64,000 bases of DNA from an uncultured Actinomycetes bacterium (GTDB lineage Bacteria; Actinomycetota; Acidimicrobiia; Acidimicrobiales; RAAP-2): assembly GCA_903900235.1 (NCBI GenBank), contig CAIUMH010000133.1, forward strand, positions 4,889-68,888, written 5' to 3'. Of this stretch, positions 7,950 through 17,210 are shown one piece after another. Under the pieces are notes generated by a model that ran no database searches, had not been told where the DNA came from, and saw only the letters and a list, made by a program, of their open reading frames with translations. Each line of letters starts with the position of its first letter. The first letter of the stretch is position 1. Both the position numbers and the translations under genes were made by a program.

Positions 7950-9026
7950 CTAGAACTGCCTCATGAAGCGCAGATCATTCTCGATCAGGGAGCGCATGTC
8001 GGCGATCTGGTGGCGCATCTGTGCGCAACGGTCAATCCCGAACCCGAAGGCGAACCCCGACCACTCGACGGGGTCGATCCCGACGGCGGCGAACACAGCC
8101 GGGTCGACCATCCCGCAGCCGCCTAGCTCAATCCATCCAGTGCGCGAGCACGTCCGACACCCGACACCGCGACAGATGGTGCACGTGATCTCGAATTCCG
8201 CTGAGGGCTCAGTGAAGGGGAAGTAGGCCGGACGCAAGCGGGCGTGGATATCGGGTCCGAAGTAAGCGGCCGTGAAGGTCTCGATGACCCCAGCAAGATC
8301 GGCGAAGGTGATGTTCCGATCGATCACCAGACCTTCGATCTGATGGAAGACCGGAAGGTGACGAGCATCGGGCGTGTCGAGGCGGTAGCAGCGACCAGCC
8401 ATGGCGGCGTGAACCGGCAGCGTTCCCTCTGCCACAGCCTGCTCGAGCAGGTGGATCTGCATCGGTGAGGTGTGCGTCCGCAGGAGGACCGTTTCGGGCT
8501 CGCCGATATCAAGGTACATCGTGTCGTACATGTCCCGAGCTGGATGTCCCGGCGGCAGGTTCAGCGCTTCGAAGTTGTACCAATCCGTCTCGACCTCGGG
8601 GCCCTCGGTGACCGTGAAGCCCATTGCCACGAACACCGCCTCGAGCGATGCCCTGGTTTGCGTCACGAGATGAGCATGACCACGGCCGACCGGTACCCGA
8701 AGGTCGCCCACGACCACCTCGGTCAGGTCGAGTCGGTCCGCCTCAAGCTGCGATGCACGCTCACTGATCTCGAGAGCAGCCCGGCGAGCATCGACTGCTT
8801 CGCCAAATACCGACATCGCCTCATTCAAGAGCGCACCAGCGGCCTTGCGAGCATCGATGTCACTGAGCGTGCCGAGACTCCGACGTGCCAGCATCAGGGC
8901 CGAGTCCTTGGCCCGAACCTGACTGGCCTCATGATCAAGCTCAGCCAGCGAGGAGGTGGCCGCCACCGCATTGATCGCCGTGGCGAGCAGGTCGGCGATC
9001 ACCTCAGAGGTCAACTCCTCGCTCAT
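7950..9026 (-). CDS. pheS: phenylalanine--tRNA ligase alpha subunit
   Basis: Class II aaRS motifs are present (FRxxxxDxTHxPxFHQxEG-like VFHQIEGLV; GFAFGFGIDR). The internal ATG at 9026 (MSEELTSEV...) avoids overlap with the upstream gene. Confidence 0.9.
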   Translation of the reverse strand: MSEELTSEVIADLLATAINAVAATSSLAELDHEASQVRAKDSALMLARRSLGTLSDIDARKAAGALLNEAMSVFGEAVDARRAALEISERASQLEADRLDLTEVVVGDLRVPVGRGHAHLVTQTRASLEAVFVAMGFTVTEGPEVETDWYNFEALNLPPGHPARDMYDTMYLDIGEPETVLLRTHTSPMQIHLLEQAVAEGTLPVHAAMAGRCYRLDTPDARHLPVFHQIEGLVIDRNITFADLAGVIETFTAAYFGPDIHARLRPAYFPFTEPSAEFEITCTICRGVGCRTCSRTGWIELGGCGMVDPAVFAAVGIDPVEWSGFAFGFGIDRCAQMRHQIADMRSLIENDLRFMRQF

Positions 9027-9051
9027 CGGGGATCCCGGCTCATCATCGGAA

Positions 9052-9720
9052 TCATCGTAGAACCTGCGCCGAGGCACCACGTGCCGTGAGTCGCCGAGAC
9101 GCAGCAAAGGCGAGGATGCCAGCGCTGACAGCGAGGTTCAACGACTCGACGCTCTCGGCAATCGGGATCGTAATCCGACGCGCACAGGCAGTCACGACTG
9201 CTTGATCAAGGCCTGCTGCTTCATTGCCGAGGACGATGGCCACACGCTCAGGCCACTCGATCACGGCGAAGTCGTCACCCTCGTGGCTCGATGTCGCCAT
9301 GGTCACCACACCACGCTCCGTCAAGGTCTCGAGCAGTGGGAGGATCGGTCCAACCTCGACGACCGGCAGCCGAAAAGTTGATCCCGTCGAACCACGCAGC
9401 GCCTTGGGTCCGTAAGGGTCTACCGCTGCTCCGGTGAGCACGATCGCCTCGAAACCCGACGCCTCTGCCACCCGCACCACCGCTCCGAGGTTGCCGGGGT
9501 CTCGAACCTCGTCGAGGACGAGCAGTCCACCAGTCAGCGAGAGATCACCGAGCGTGCGTCGGCAGTCCGGGGCGATGGTCACACAGCCCTGAGGGGCGAC
9601 GGCGTCAGCAACCTTCTCGAGGACCCCGGGAGCCAATAGGCCAATCCGGATCCCCGCCCCCCTTGCTGCAGCGCGCGCGGCGTCTATCTCGGCCCCATCA
9701 GCATCCGCGGCGAAGAACAC
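9052..9720 (-). CDS. TrmH/SpoU-family RNA 2'-O-methyltransferase (TsnR-like); true start probably upstream (to ~9873)
   Basis: SpoU motifs LDEVRDPGNLGAVVR, IVLGNEAAGL and IPIAESVESLNLAVSAGI. The reading frame stays open upstream to 9930 and encodes a typical N-terminal substrate-binding region (NPEVQRLRRL...FAFEGPTLLRAA) without any ATG/GTG/TTG. Confidence 0.85.
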   Translation of the reverse strand: MFFAADADGAEIDAARAAARGAGIRIGLLAPGVLEKVADAVAPQGCVTIAPDCRRTLGDLSLTGGLLVLDEVRDPGNLGAVVRVAEASGFEAIVLTGAAVDPYGPKALRGSTGSTFRLPVVEVGPILPLLETLTERGVVTMATSSHEGDDFAVIEWPERVAIVLGNEAAGLDQAVVTACARRITIPIAESVESLNLAVSAGILAFAASRRLTARGASAQVLR

Positions 9721-9869
9721 CCGTTCGATCTCGATTCCGGACTCAATCGCCGCCCGCAGGAGTGTCGGACCCTCAAACGCGAAGGATCTCTCCTCCCGGC
9801 GCTCGCGCCGTGAGGAGAGAAGCCTCCGAAGTCGCTGAACCTCGGGGTTCCGAGGGCCGAGCGGATCGC

Positions 9870-10235
9870 TCAGTTCGATGCCCCGAGCGCATCGGCTGCC
9901 ACCGAGACCAGCGCCGTGAAGGCCTGCGGCTCATTGACTGCCAGCTCGGCCAGAACCTTGCGGTCGACCTCGACGCCTGCGGCATGGAGTCCGGCGATGA
10001 GCTTGCTGTAGCTCATGTTGTTCTCACGGGCCGCTGCATTGATCCGTTGGATCCACAGCTTGCGGAACTCACCTTTACGCGCACGCCGGTCACGGAATGC
10101 GTACTGCTTGGCATGCATCACCGACTCATTGGCGGCTCGGAACGTACGGCTCCGGTCCCCGTAGTGGCCCTTGGCCTCCTCGAGGATCGCCTTGTGGTGC
10201 TTGCGTGCGTGGACTGATCGCTTCACCCTCGCCAT
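9870..10235 (-). CDS. rplT: 50S ribosomal protein L20
   Basis: [19 protein letters not shown]...[17 protein letters not shown]. Confidence 0.95.
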   Translation of the reverse strand: MARVKRSVHARKHHKAILEEAKGHYGDRSRTFRAANESVMHAKQYAFRDRRARKGEFRKLWIQRINAAARENNMSYSKLIAGLHAAGVEVDRKVLAELAVNEPQAFTALVSVAADALGASN

Positions 10236-10299
10236 CTGTCAGCTCCTTCTCTCTAGATTCGTCGTAGTAGTTGGTGGTCGGGCCATGAGGCCCTCGGGA

Positions 10300-10494
10300 T
10301 CAGATCCCGAGCATCCTCTTGATGCGCTTGGCGTCGCCGTTGTCAAAATCCTGGTCGCGGTCGAGACGACGAGTCCGCGTCGAGGACTTCTTCTCGAGGA
10401 TGTGCTTCCGGTTCTGCTGACGGCGGCGAAGCCTTCCGCTTCCGGTGATCTTCACCCGGGCTGCCGCACCCTTGTGGGTCTTCATCTTGGGCAT
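10300..10494 (-). CDS. rpmI: 50S ribosomal protein L35
   Basis: MPKMKTHKGAAARVKITGSG... from the internal ATG at 10494, 1 nt after the infC stop. Confidence 0.9.
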   Translation of the reverse strand: MPKMKTHKGAAARVKITGSGRLRRRQQNRKHILEKKSSTRTRRLDRDQDFDNGDAKRIKRMLGI

Positions 10495-10495
10495 G

Positions 10496-11164
10496 TCATT
10501 CCTCTCCTGTGATCGTCGTGTCGTCAATGACCGCAGTCTCCGGGGTCTCGGCCTCTGCCGGTGCCGGTGGTGCGGTGGTCTGCGCCTCTGGTGCTGCCTG
10601 AACCTCAGGCACCTCTGCTGCGGGAGCCTTGGCCTTCTGCTTCTGCTTCTGCGGAGCCAGCACCATCGTCATGTTCCTGCCATCGAGCCGTGGCTCGGCT
10701 TCGACCTTGGCGCCATCGCCGATCGTCTCGGCAACACGGTCAAGGATCTTCTTGCCGAGCTCTGGGTGGAACACCTCTCGGCCACGGAACATGATCGTCA
10801 ACTTGACCTTGTGGCCCTCGTCGAGGAACTTCGAGACCTGGCGAGTCTTGGTGTCGAAGTCTCCAGGCCCAATCTTGGGTCGGTACTTCATCTCCTTAAC
10901 GCCGACGTTCTGCGTCTTGCGCCGTGACTCCTTGGCCTTCTGCGCCTCGTCGAACTTGAACTTCCCGTAGTCCATGATGCGGCAGACGGGTGGTGCGGCG
11001 TTTGGCGCCACCTCGACAAGGTCGAGGTCAAGGTTCCGAGCGATGATGAGGGCTTCGGGGAGCGGCTTGATGCCCAGCTGAACCCCATCGGGGTCGACCA
11101 GCCGAACCTCACGGACGCGGATCCTGTCGTTGATCCGGTGCTCTCCTGACGTGGCAGTTGCTAT
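10496..11164 (-). CDS. infC: translation initiation factor IF-3 (probable ATA start; alternative ATG 11215)
   Basis: HRINDRIRVREVRLVDPDG...MKYRPKIGPGDFDTK. SD AAGGGAGAGG lies 4 nt upstream of ATA 11164. There is a low-complexity Ala/Pro/Glu C-terminal tail. Confidence 0.9.
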   Translation of the reverse strand: MATATSGEHRINDRIRVREVRLVDPDGVQLGIKPLPEALIIARNLDLDLVEVAPNAAPPVCRIMDYGKFKFDEAQKAKESRRKTQNVGVKEMKYRPKIGPGDFDTKTRQVSKFLDEGHKVKLTIMFRGREVFHPELGKKILDRVAETIGDGAKVEAEPRLDGRNMTMVLAPQKQKQKAKAPAAEVPEVQAAPEAQTTAPPAPAEAETPETAVIDDTTITGEE

Positions 11165-11342
11165 GGGGCCTCTCCCTTGCTTCCGGCCGCTGCCACTCGG
11201 CAGACAGCACGACATCGCACGGGACGGCAGCGACTCGGCCGCATCCTCTCTCGACCTGGCGCACTTCTGGGCAATGCCCTTGTGGCCAGGTGGAGGGGCC
11301 CGACGGATGTCGAAGCCACCCCGCTTGATGGTGAACGAGATC

Positions 11343-11349
11343 TAACCTA
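11343..11349. promoter_or_regulatory. overlapping divergent -10 boxes: TAACCT (+, 11343-11348) and TAGGTT (-, 11349-11344)
   Basis: The plus-strand box lies 6 nt upstream of ATG 11355 (leaderless DUF1844 gene). The minus-strand box would start an infC leader of roughly 170 nt. Confidence 0.45.
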
Positions 11350-11354
11350 GCACC

Positions 11355-11693
11355 ATGACGAGTGAACCCACCAACGACACCGACGCCCATGTTGACCAAG
11401 AGGAGCTCGAGCGCCTGCGCTCGGAGTTGGTCGATACCGATCCAGCGGTCGTGATCTCCAACCACTGTTACGGGCTCTTCGAGCTCGCAGCCGTCTATCT
11501 CTCGGCCCAGCCACCTCGCCTCGACGCCGCTCGGACGGCAATCGACGGCCTCGCAGCACTCACCGAGTCGCTCGGTGATCGCCTTGGAGAAGCCGCAGGA
11601 CCCCTGGCCGAGGGGGTCGCTCAACTCCGACTCGCTTGGGTCCAGCTCTCGGCCGTTGCAGACAGCGACACCGGGGTCGTCGCCGACTCCTAG
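11355..11693 (+). CDS. DUF1844-like conserved actinobacterial protein
   Basis: VVISNHCYGLFELAAVYLS..PPRLDAARTAIDGL pattern and a divergent position next to infC. The family assignment is from memory. Confidence 0.75.
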   Translation: MTSEPTNDTDAHVDQEELERLRSELVDTDPAVVISNHCYGLFELAAVYLSAQPPRLDAARTAIDGLAALTESLGDRLGEAAGPLAEGVAQLRLAWVQLSAVADSDTGVVADS

Positions 11694-11896
11694 AGAACAG
11701 CGATATGCGTCGCCTGCCGCAGGCCCCGGTGCGTCGGGCTGATCACGACGAGCACCCGAGTACCGATGGCGATATCACGGCTGGAATCAGCGATCGCTGT
11801 GGCATGAAAGGCCACCACGTCCCCCTCGGCCACCGTCACCTCTCCAAGCCCGCGCTGACGGTCGAATGCGGTCACGACACCGGTGGTACTCGACAC
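11690..11896 (-). CDS. small cold-shock-domain-like protein (degenerate RNP motifs)
   Basis: GVVTAFDRQRGLGEVTVAEGDVVAFHATAI...GTRVLV resembles the CspA layout. GTG 11896 lies 1 nt after the hisG stop. Confidence 0.6.
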   Translation of the reverse strand: MSSTTGVVTAFDRQRGLGEVTVAEGDVVAFHATAIADSSRDIAIGTRVLVVISPTHRGLRQATHIAVL

Positions 11897-11897
11897 C

Positions 11898-12782
11898 TCA
11901 GTGAACGATCTTGGCCAGTGCGAGCTCGATGATGTCAGTCGCCCCATTGTCCTTGAGCGCCGGGATCAGCGTGTTGATCGCCCGCTTCTCCACCACCGTC
12001 TCGACTGCATACCCTGCCCCACCCCATAGCTCCGACACGGTCGGCGAGCGGAGTGAGGGAAGAACCCCAAGGACTGAGGCGAGCTGATCGGTCGCCACAT
12101 TGAGCTTGACGAGAACCTTCTCTCGGGCCTCGAGTGTTCCCGCGAGCAGCGTCATGATCTGACCCATGGCGTGGCGCTTCTCCGGGTCGGCAAAGGAAGC
12201 AGGATTGGCCACCAACTCAGTGCGGGAGATCAGCAGGGTGTGGATCACCTTGAGGCCCGCCGCTCGTAACGCCCGGCCGGTCTCGGTGATCTCTACGACG
12301 CAGTCAGCGATGTCAGGAACCTTGGCCTCGGTCGCGCCGTAGGACAAGGAGACGTCGGCGTCGATTCCTCGTTCGGCGAGCGCCCGACTGGTCAGCTCTG
12401 GGTACTCGGTTGAGACCCGGAGCGGACTCGGGTGTCTGACGAGGTCGTCGATCGACTCATAGGGCGAGGAATCAGCCACTGCGAGGACGACCCTGATCGG
12501 ATTGGATGTGGCCTTCGAGTAGCCCAGCTCGCCGAGCGACTCAACCTTGACTCCGCGCTCTTCGACCCAGTCACGACCGGTGATCCCGAGGTCGAATCGA
12601 CCCTCGGCCACGTAGACCGGGATCTCTTGGGGTCGCAGGATTCGCACCTCGTCGATGCGCGGGTCGTCGATGGTCGCCCGATAGTCCACATCACTCGAGC
12701 GATGGACGGTCAAGTCCGCCGATGCGAAGAGGTCAAGGGTGGCTCGCTCTAGCGAGCCCTTGGGCAGGACAATGTTCAGCAC
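11898..12782 (-). CDS. hisG: ATP phosphoribosyltransferase (long form)
   Basis: LNIVLPKGSLERATLDLF...RPQEIPVYVAEGRFDLGITGRDW plus a C-terminal regulatory domain. Confidence 0.9.
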   Translation of the reverse strand: MLNIVLPKGSLERATLDLFASADLTVHRSSDVDYRATIDDPRIDEVRILRPQEIPVYVAEGRFDLGITGRDWVEERGVKVESLGELGYSKATSNPIRVVLAVADSSPYESIDDLVRHPSPLRVSTEYPELTSRALAERGIDADVSLSYGATEAKVPDIADCVVEITETGRALRAAGLKVIHTLLISRTELVANPASFADPEKRHAMGQIMTLLAGTLEAREKVLVKLNVATDQLASVLGVLPSLRSPTVSELWGGAGYAVETVVEKRAINTLIPALKDNGATDIIELALAKIVH

Positions 12783-12825
12783 CCTCCCATTGTGGCCTAT
12801 CGGACCAGGAGGGGCGGCCGTTCGG

Positions 12826-13359
12826 TCAGCCGAGTGGGCTCGTCTGGGCGAGTCGGACCATTTCCACTGCAGTCTCGAGGGCCTCGGCGCCCTTGTTGCC
12901 CTCGCCCTCCACGGATCGTTCGAGTGCCTGGGCGACCGTGTCGGTGGTCAGCACGCCGAAGATCACGGGCTTGCCGGTCTTCAGGCTGACATCCTGGAGC
13001 CCCCGAGCACACTCGCCGGCCACGAAGTCATAGTGGCCCGTGTCACCTCGGATCACGGCACCAAGCGCCACCACGGCATCCACCTTGCCTGACGCCAGCA
13101 TCGTCTGCGCCAAAAGGGGAAGCTCGAACGCTCCCGGCACCCACGCAACGAGCAGGTCACGCTGGTCAATTCCGGCAGCCGCCGCGGCGCTGAGGACCCC
13201 CTCAATCATCCGCATGGTGATGCCACCGTTAAATCGAGCGCAGGCCACCCCGATACGCAGGCCCGTCCCATCGTGGCCTCCTTCAAGGTGCTTGCCCACC
13301 CGACCATCGATGCTCCGGAGCGCTCCGGGGTCGAGCTCGGTCTCAGTCGACGACGTCAT
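12826..13359 (-). CDS. ribH: 6,7-dimethyl-8-ribityllumazine synthase
   Basis: [14 protein letters not shown]...VPGAFELP...[14 protein letters not shown]. The internal ATG at 13359 overlaps the ribBA end by 17 nt. Confidence 0.9.
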   Translation of the reverse strand: MTSSTETELDPGALRSIDGRVGKHLEGGHDGTGLRIGVACARFNGGITMRMIEGVLSAAAAAGIDQRDLLVAWVPGAFELPLLAQTMLASGKVDAVVALGAVIRGDTGHYDFVAGECARGLQDVSLKTGKPVIFGVLTTDTVAQALERSVEGEGNKGAEALETAVEMVRLAQTSPLG

Positions 13360-14566
13360 CAAGGCCTCCGAGGATGTGTCCCATGCGCTGCTGTTTCGTT
13401 CGCAAGTAATCGATGTTGTGGTTGTTTGGGGTGCTCTCAAGGCTGACCCGCTCGGTGATGTCGAGCCCGAATCCCTCGAGTCCCCCGTACTTGGCGGGGT
13501 TGTTGGTCATGAGCCGCATCGTGGTCACGCCGAGGTCGACGAGAATCTGCGCACCGATCCCATACTCTCGACTGTCCACGGGGAGGCCGAGCTCGAGATT
13601 GGCATCCACGGTGTCGCTGCCGGCCTCTTGGAGCTTGTAGGCGCGGATCTTGTGGCCAAGGCCGATACCGCGACCTTCGTGGCCACGCAGGTACACCAGC
13701 ACGCCGGTTCCCTCTTGGGCGATGCGCTCGAGGGCTGCAGTCAGCTGCGGTCCGCAGTCACAGCGCAACGAGCCGAAGACGTCACCGGTCAGACACTCAG
13801 AGTGCACCCGCACCAAGACATTCTCGGTGGCGGCGATATCGCCGACCACGAAGGCCATGTGCTGCTCGCCGTCGAGGACTGACTCGTAGACCACTGCGTC
13901 GAAGTCCCCTGCCCCCGTCGGGATGACTGCCTCAGCGACCTTGCGCACGAGCTTCTCGTGCCGCCGGCGATAGCGAATCAGGTCAGCGATCGAGATCATC
14001 GGCATGTCATGCTTGAGGGCGAATGCCTCGAGCTCCTCGACGCGGGCCATGCCGGACTTGTCAGCCGTCACCACCTCGCACAGCACACCAGCTGGGGCAA
14101 GACCAGCGAGTCGAGAGAGATCGACCGTCGCCTCGGTGTGGCCGGCCCGCTTCAGGACGCCACCGGGTCGGTAGCGGAGCGGGAAGATGTGACCCGGACG
14201 GTTCAGGTCGGTCGGCCGGGTGGCCGGATCGATCAGCGCCTGGATGGTGGTCGCCCGGTCCGAGGATGAAATCCCTGTCGACGTGCCGTGCCGGTAGTCG
14301 ACGCTGACCGTGAATGCGGTGCGCTGCGCTTCGGTGTTCGCCACCACCATCAGCGGCAGGTCGAGCTCATCGGCTCGCTCCGGCTCAAGCGGCACGCAGA
14401 TCACGCCCGACGTGTGCGCAAGGAAGAAGGCGATGTTCTCCGGGGTGGCTGCCTCTGCGGCCATCACCAGGTCACCCTCATTCTCGCGGTCCTCATCATC
14501 GACCACGATCACGATCTTCTTCTGTGCAATCGCTGCGATCGCTTCTTCAATCGTTGAGAACGCCAT
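13343..14566 (-). CDS. ribBA: bifunctional 3,4-dihydroxy-2-butanone-4-phosphate synthase / GTP cyclohydrolase II
   Basis: [12 protein letters not shown] (DHBP synthase) and [18 protein letters not shown] (GCH II). Confidence 0.95.
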   Translation of the reverse strand: MAFSTIEEAIAAIAQKKIVIVVDDEDRENEGDLVMAAEAATPENIAFFLAHTSGVICVPLEPERADELDLPLMVVANTEAQRTAFTVSVDYRHGTSTGISSSDRATTIQALIDPATRPTDLNRPGHIFPLRYRPGGVLKRAGHTEATVDLSRLAGLAPAGVLCEVVTADKSGMARVEELEAFALKHDMPMISIADLIRYRRRHEKLVRKVAEAVIPTGAGDFDAVVYESVLDGEQHMAFVVGDIAATENVLVRVHSECLTGDVFGSLRCDCGPQLTAALERIAQEGTGVLVYLRGHEGRGIGLGHKIRAYKLQEAGSDTVDANLELGLPVDSREYGIGAQILVDLGVTTMRLMTNNPAKYGGLEGFGLDITERVSLESTPNNHNIDYLRTKQQRMGHILGGLDDVVD

Positions 14567-15564
14567 CAGGGTTCCACCTCCACGCGTAGATCCTCGCCCA
14601 ATTGGGCGATCGAGACGAATCGACCGCGCCGGAGCTCTTCCATTGTGCCAGCCCCAGCGCCGGCGAAGAGCGGGCGGCCATCGTCACCGCCAAACAGCAC
14701 CGGAGCGAGGTACAGGACCAGTCGGTCCACACACCCGGCATCAAGAAGCTCCTTGGCCACCGATGCGCCACCCTCGACCAGCAGCTGGAGGATCCCCCTC
14801 CGGCCGAGGTCATCGAGGATCTCGCCGATCGGACCGGTCAGCGACTCAGCCGGCAGGCACGCGGCGCCCGCCGGGATATCGCCGAGAACGAAACGCAACG
14901 GTTGGCGCTCGGCGGCGGGGTCGAGGCGGGCGGTCAGTTCCGGGTCGTCGGCCCGCACGGTTCCCGCTCCTACCAAGATGGCATCGGCGTCAGCACGTAG
15001 GCGATGGACGTCGGCTCGGGCTACCGGTCCGGTGATCCACTGCGAGGACCCATCGGGTGCCGCCGTTCGCCCGTCGAGCGTGGCGGCCATCTTGAGGAGT
15101 ACCTGCGGACGACCGGTCTTGCGGTGATGCAGGTACGGGCTGAGCGATGCCGACACTGCTGCTGCCTCAATCCCGAGAAGGACCTCGAGACCGGCATCCT
15201 CAAGGCGCCGCAAACCGGCCCCCGCCACATTCGGATCAGGATCCTGGACACCGACGACCACTCGTGCCACTCCTGCGGCAATCAGCGCGTCGGTGCAGGG
15301 GCCAGTGCGGCCGTGGTGACTACAGGGCTCGAGCGTACAGACCACCGTCGATCCGATTGCTCGTTCACCGGCCTGCGCAAGAGCCACGATCTCGGCGTGG
15401 CGACCCCCGGGAGGCTCGGTTGCCCCCTTCCCGACGACGGTTCCCTCGTGATCAACCACGAGTGCCCCCACCCATGGGTTCGGGGAGGTCCGTCGACGCG
15501 CCGAGTTGCCGAGGGCGATGGCCTCAACCATCCACGAGGCAGTGCGCTGCTCAATCCCCTGCAC
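14566..15564 (-). CDS. ribD: bifunctional riboflavin deaminase/reductase
   Basis: HAEIVAL...[14 protein letters not shown] deaminase zinc motif plus a C-terminal reductase domain. Confidence 0.9.
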   Translation of the reverse strand: MQGIEQRTASWMVEAIALGNSARRRTSPNPWVGALVVDHEGTVVGKGATEPPGGRHAEIVALAQAGERAIGSTVVCTLEPCSHHGRTGPCTDALIAAGVARVVVGVQDPDPNVAGAGLRRLEDAGLEVLLGIEAAAVSASLSPYLHHRKTGRPQVLLKMAATLDGRTAAPDGSSQWITGPVARADVHRLRADADAILVGAGTVRADDPELTARLDPAAERQPLRFVLGDIPAGAACLPAESLTGPIGEILDDLGRRGILQLLVEGGASVAKELLDAGCVDRLVLYLAPVLFGGDDGRPLFAGAGAGTMEELRRGRFVSIAQLGEDLRVEVEP

Positions 15565-15585
15565 CAGCCGAACCCAATGCTCGGC

Positions 15586-16287
15586 TCAGCCGTCGGTGAC
15601 GGAGATCGCCGCCCGACGGATCAGTTCTGCGGCACCCGCAGGATCAGTGGCTCCGAAGATGGCGCTCCCCGCCACGAGCACATTGGCGCCGGCCTCGGTC
15701 ACCAGCGGCGTGGTCACCACATCGATACCGCCATCGACTTCGATGTCGATCGCCAGGTCTCGCTCGATGATGGCCTGACGGACGGCCCGGATCTTGGGCA
15801 ATACCTCGGGCATGAACGACTGTCCGCCGAATCCGGGGAACACCGTCATGCACAGAACCAGGTCGACGACCTCGAGATAGGGGTCGATTGCCTCGAAGGG
15901 AGTGTCAGGGTTTACCGCCAATCCCACCCGGAGTCCTAGTGCTCGTGCCTCGGCAAGCACCACATCAATCCCATCGACTTCGGCATGCACCGTGACCCCG
16001 TCTGCCCCCGCCTTGGCGAAGGCTTCGAGGTACTCACCGGGATCTGTGATCATGAGGTGGCAGTCGAGGTACAGGTCGGTGTGCCGGCGCAACGACGACA
16101 CCACCGGGGGTCCGATCGAGATGTTTGGCACAAAGTGCCCGTCCATCACGTCGACATGGAGCCAGTCGGAAACCGCCGTGACACCCCTGACCGCCTCGGC
16201 CAGCGCACCGAAGTCAGCCGCCAGCACGGACGGGGCGATTCGGAGGTCGCCAGAGGGCCCAGGGTCGATGCTCGTCATCAGCGTCAT
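15586..16287 (-). CDS. rpe: ribulose-phosphate 3-epimerase
   Basis: IAPSVLAADF...LHVDVMDGHFVPN...VEVDGG. Confidence 0.9.
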   Translation of the reverse strand: MTLMTSIDPGPSGDLRIAPSVLAADFGALAEAVRGVTAVSDWLHVDVMDGHFVPNISIGPPVVSSLRRHTDLYLDCHLMITDPGEYLEAFAKAGADGVTVHAEVDGIDVVLAEARALGLRVGLAVNPDTPFEAIDPYLEVVDLVLCMTVFPGFGGQSFMPEVLPKIRAVRQAIIERDLAIDIEVDGGIDVVTTPLVTEAGANVLVAGSAIFGATDPAGAAELIRRAAISVTDG

Positions 16288-16296
16288 GGTCGCAGC

Positions 16297-17196
16297 CTAG
16301 GTTCCCGACCCGGCAGGAGGTTCAGTCCGCCCGAGTGAGACAAGACCGCCTCCAAGGCCCCGCCGCCAATCCTCGGCCGCCATCGCTGCGCGGCTCTCGG
16401 GTTGAACGACCTCGAGGTCGATCGCCCCTTCTCCCAGCGCCAGTGTGACCCCATTGAGGGTGCCAGCCAATGCTCCACCTGTCGCTCGCTCCGTCAGGAC
16501 CGCCTCAAGGATTCTGAGACGTCGACCACCGATACTGGTGAACGCCCTCCCAAGACGAACCGTCCGAAGGGCTTCGGCAGCGGTGGCGTGCACATCGATC
16601 TCCATCTCCTCGGGCCGAATCTTGGCGGCATAGGTCACGTCACCAACCTGGTCCCGGGGCTCTCCCAAAGAGGCCAATCCCTCACGCAGAGATGAGATCA
16701 GCAGCTGCGCTCCAAGGATGGCCAATTCCGAACGAAGCACGTCGAGCGACTTGTCACCCACCGGCGTGGTCGCCGATGCATAGATCCCGCCAGTGTCGAG
16801 CTCCGGCGCCACCGCCATCAAGCAGACCCCCGTGACCTCGTCTCCGGCAAGGATGGCACGCTCAAGTGGAGCGGCTCCTCGCCAGCGCGGGAGGAGCGAG
16901 AAGTGAATGTTGACCATCGGAACCTGCTCGAGCAGTGGGGTCGGAATCAGCCGCCCATAGGCGACAACCACACCGAGCTCGGCCCCAGAGCCCGACACCC
17001 GTGCCAGATCATCGGTCACCTCGATCCCCAACTCCGTCGCAGCGGCTTTCACGGGGCTCGGCGTCAGAGCCCTACCTCGGCCGCGACGGGCATCGGGCCG
17101 GCTGACGACGAGCACGACGTCGTGACCAGCGGACACCAGGGCCTCGAGTGCCGGGACAGCGATCTCTGGCGTTCCAAGAAAGACGAGGCGAGCCAT
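16297..17196 (-). CDS. fmt: methionyl-tRNA formyltransferase
   Basis: MARLVFLGTPEIAVP...NIHFSLLPRWRGAAPLERAI. Confidence 0.9.
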   Translation of the reverse strand: MARLVFLGTPEIAVPALEALVSAGHDVVLVVSRPDARRGRGRALTPSPVKAAATELGIEVTDDLARVSGSGAELGVVVAYGRLIPTPLLEQVPMVNIHFSLLPRWRGAAPLERAILAGDEVTGVCLMAVAPELDTGGIYASATTPVGDKSLDVLRSELAILGAQLLISSLREGLASLGEPRDQVGDVTYAAKIRPEEMEIDVHATAAEALRTVRLGRAFTSIGGRRLRILEAVLTERATGGALAGTLNGVTLALGEGAIDLEVVQPESRAAMAAEDWRRGLGGGLVSLGRTEPPAGSGT

Positions 17197-17210
17197 GGGC
17201 GATGCGGCGA

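Noticed and set aside
15565-15585. An FMN riboswitch upstream of ribD, and T-box or other leaders upstream of tyrS (50709-50766) and pheS (9027-9051).
   Set aside because: The intergenic spaces are 21, 58 and 25 nt, far too short for these elements. tyrS additionally looks leaderless.
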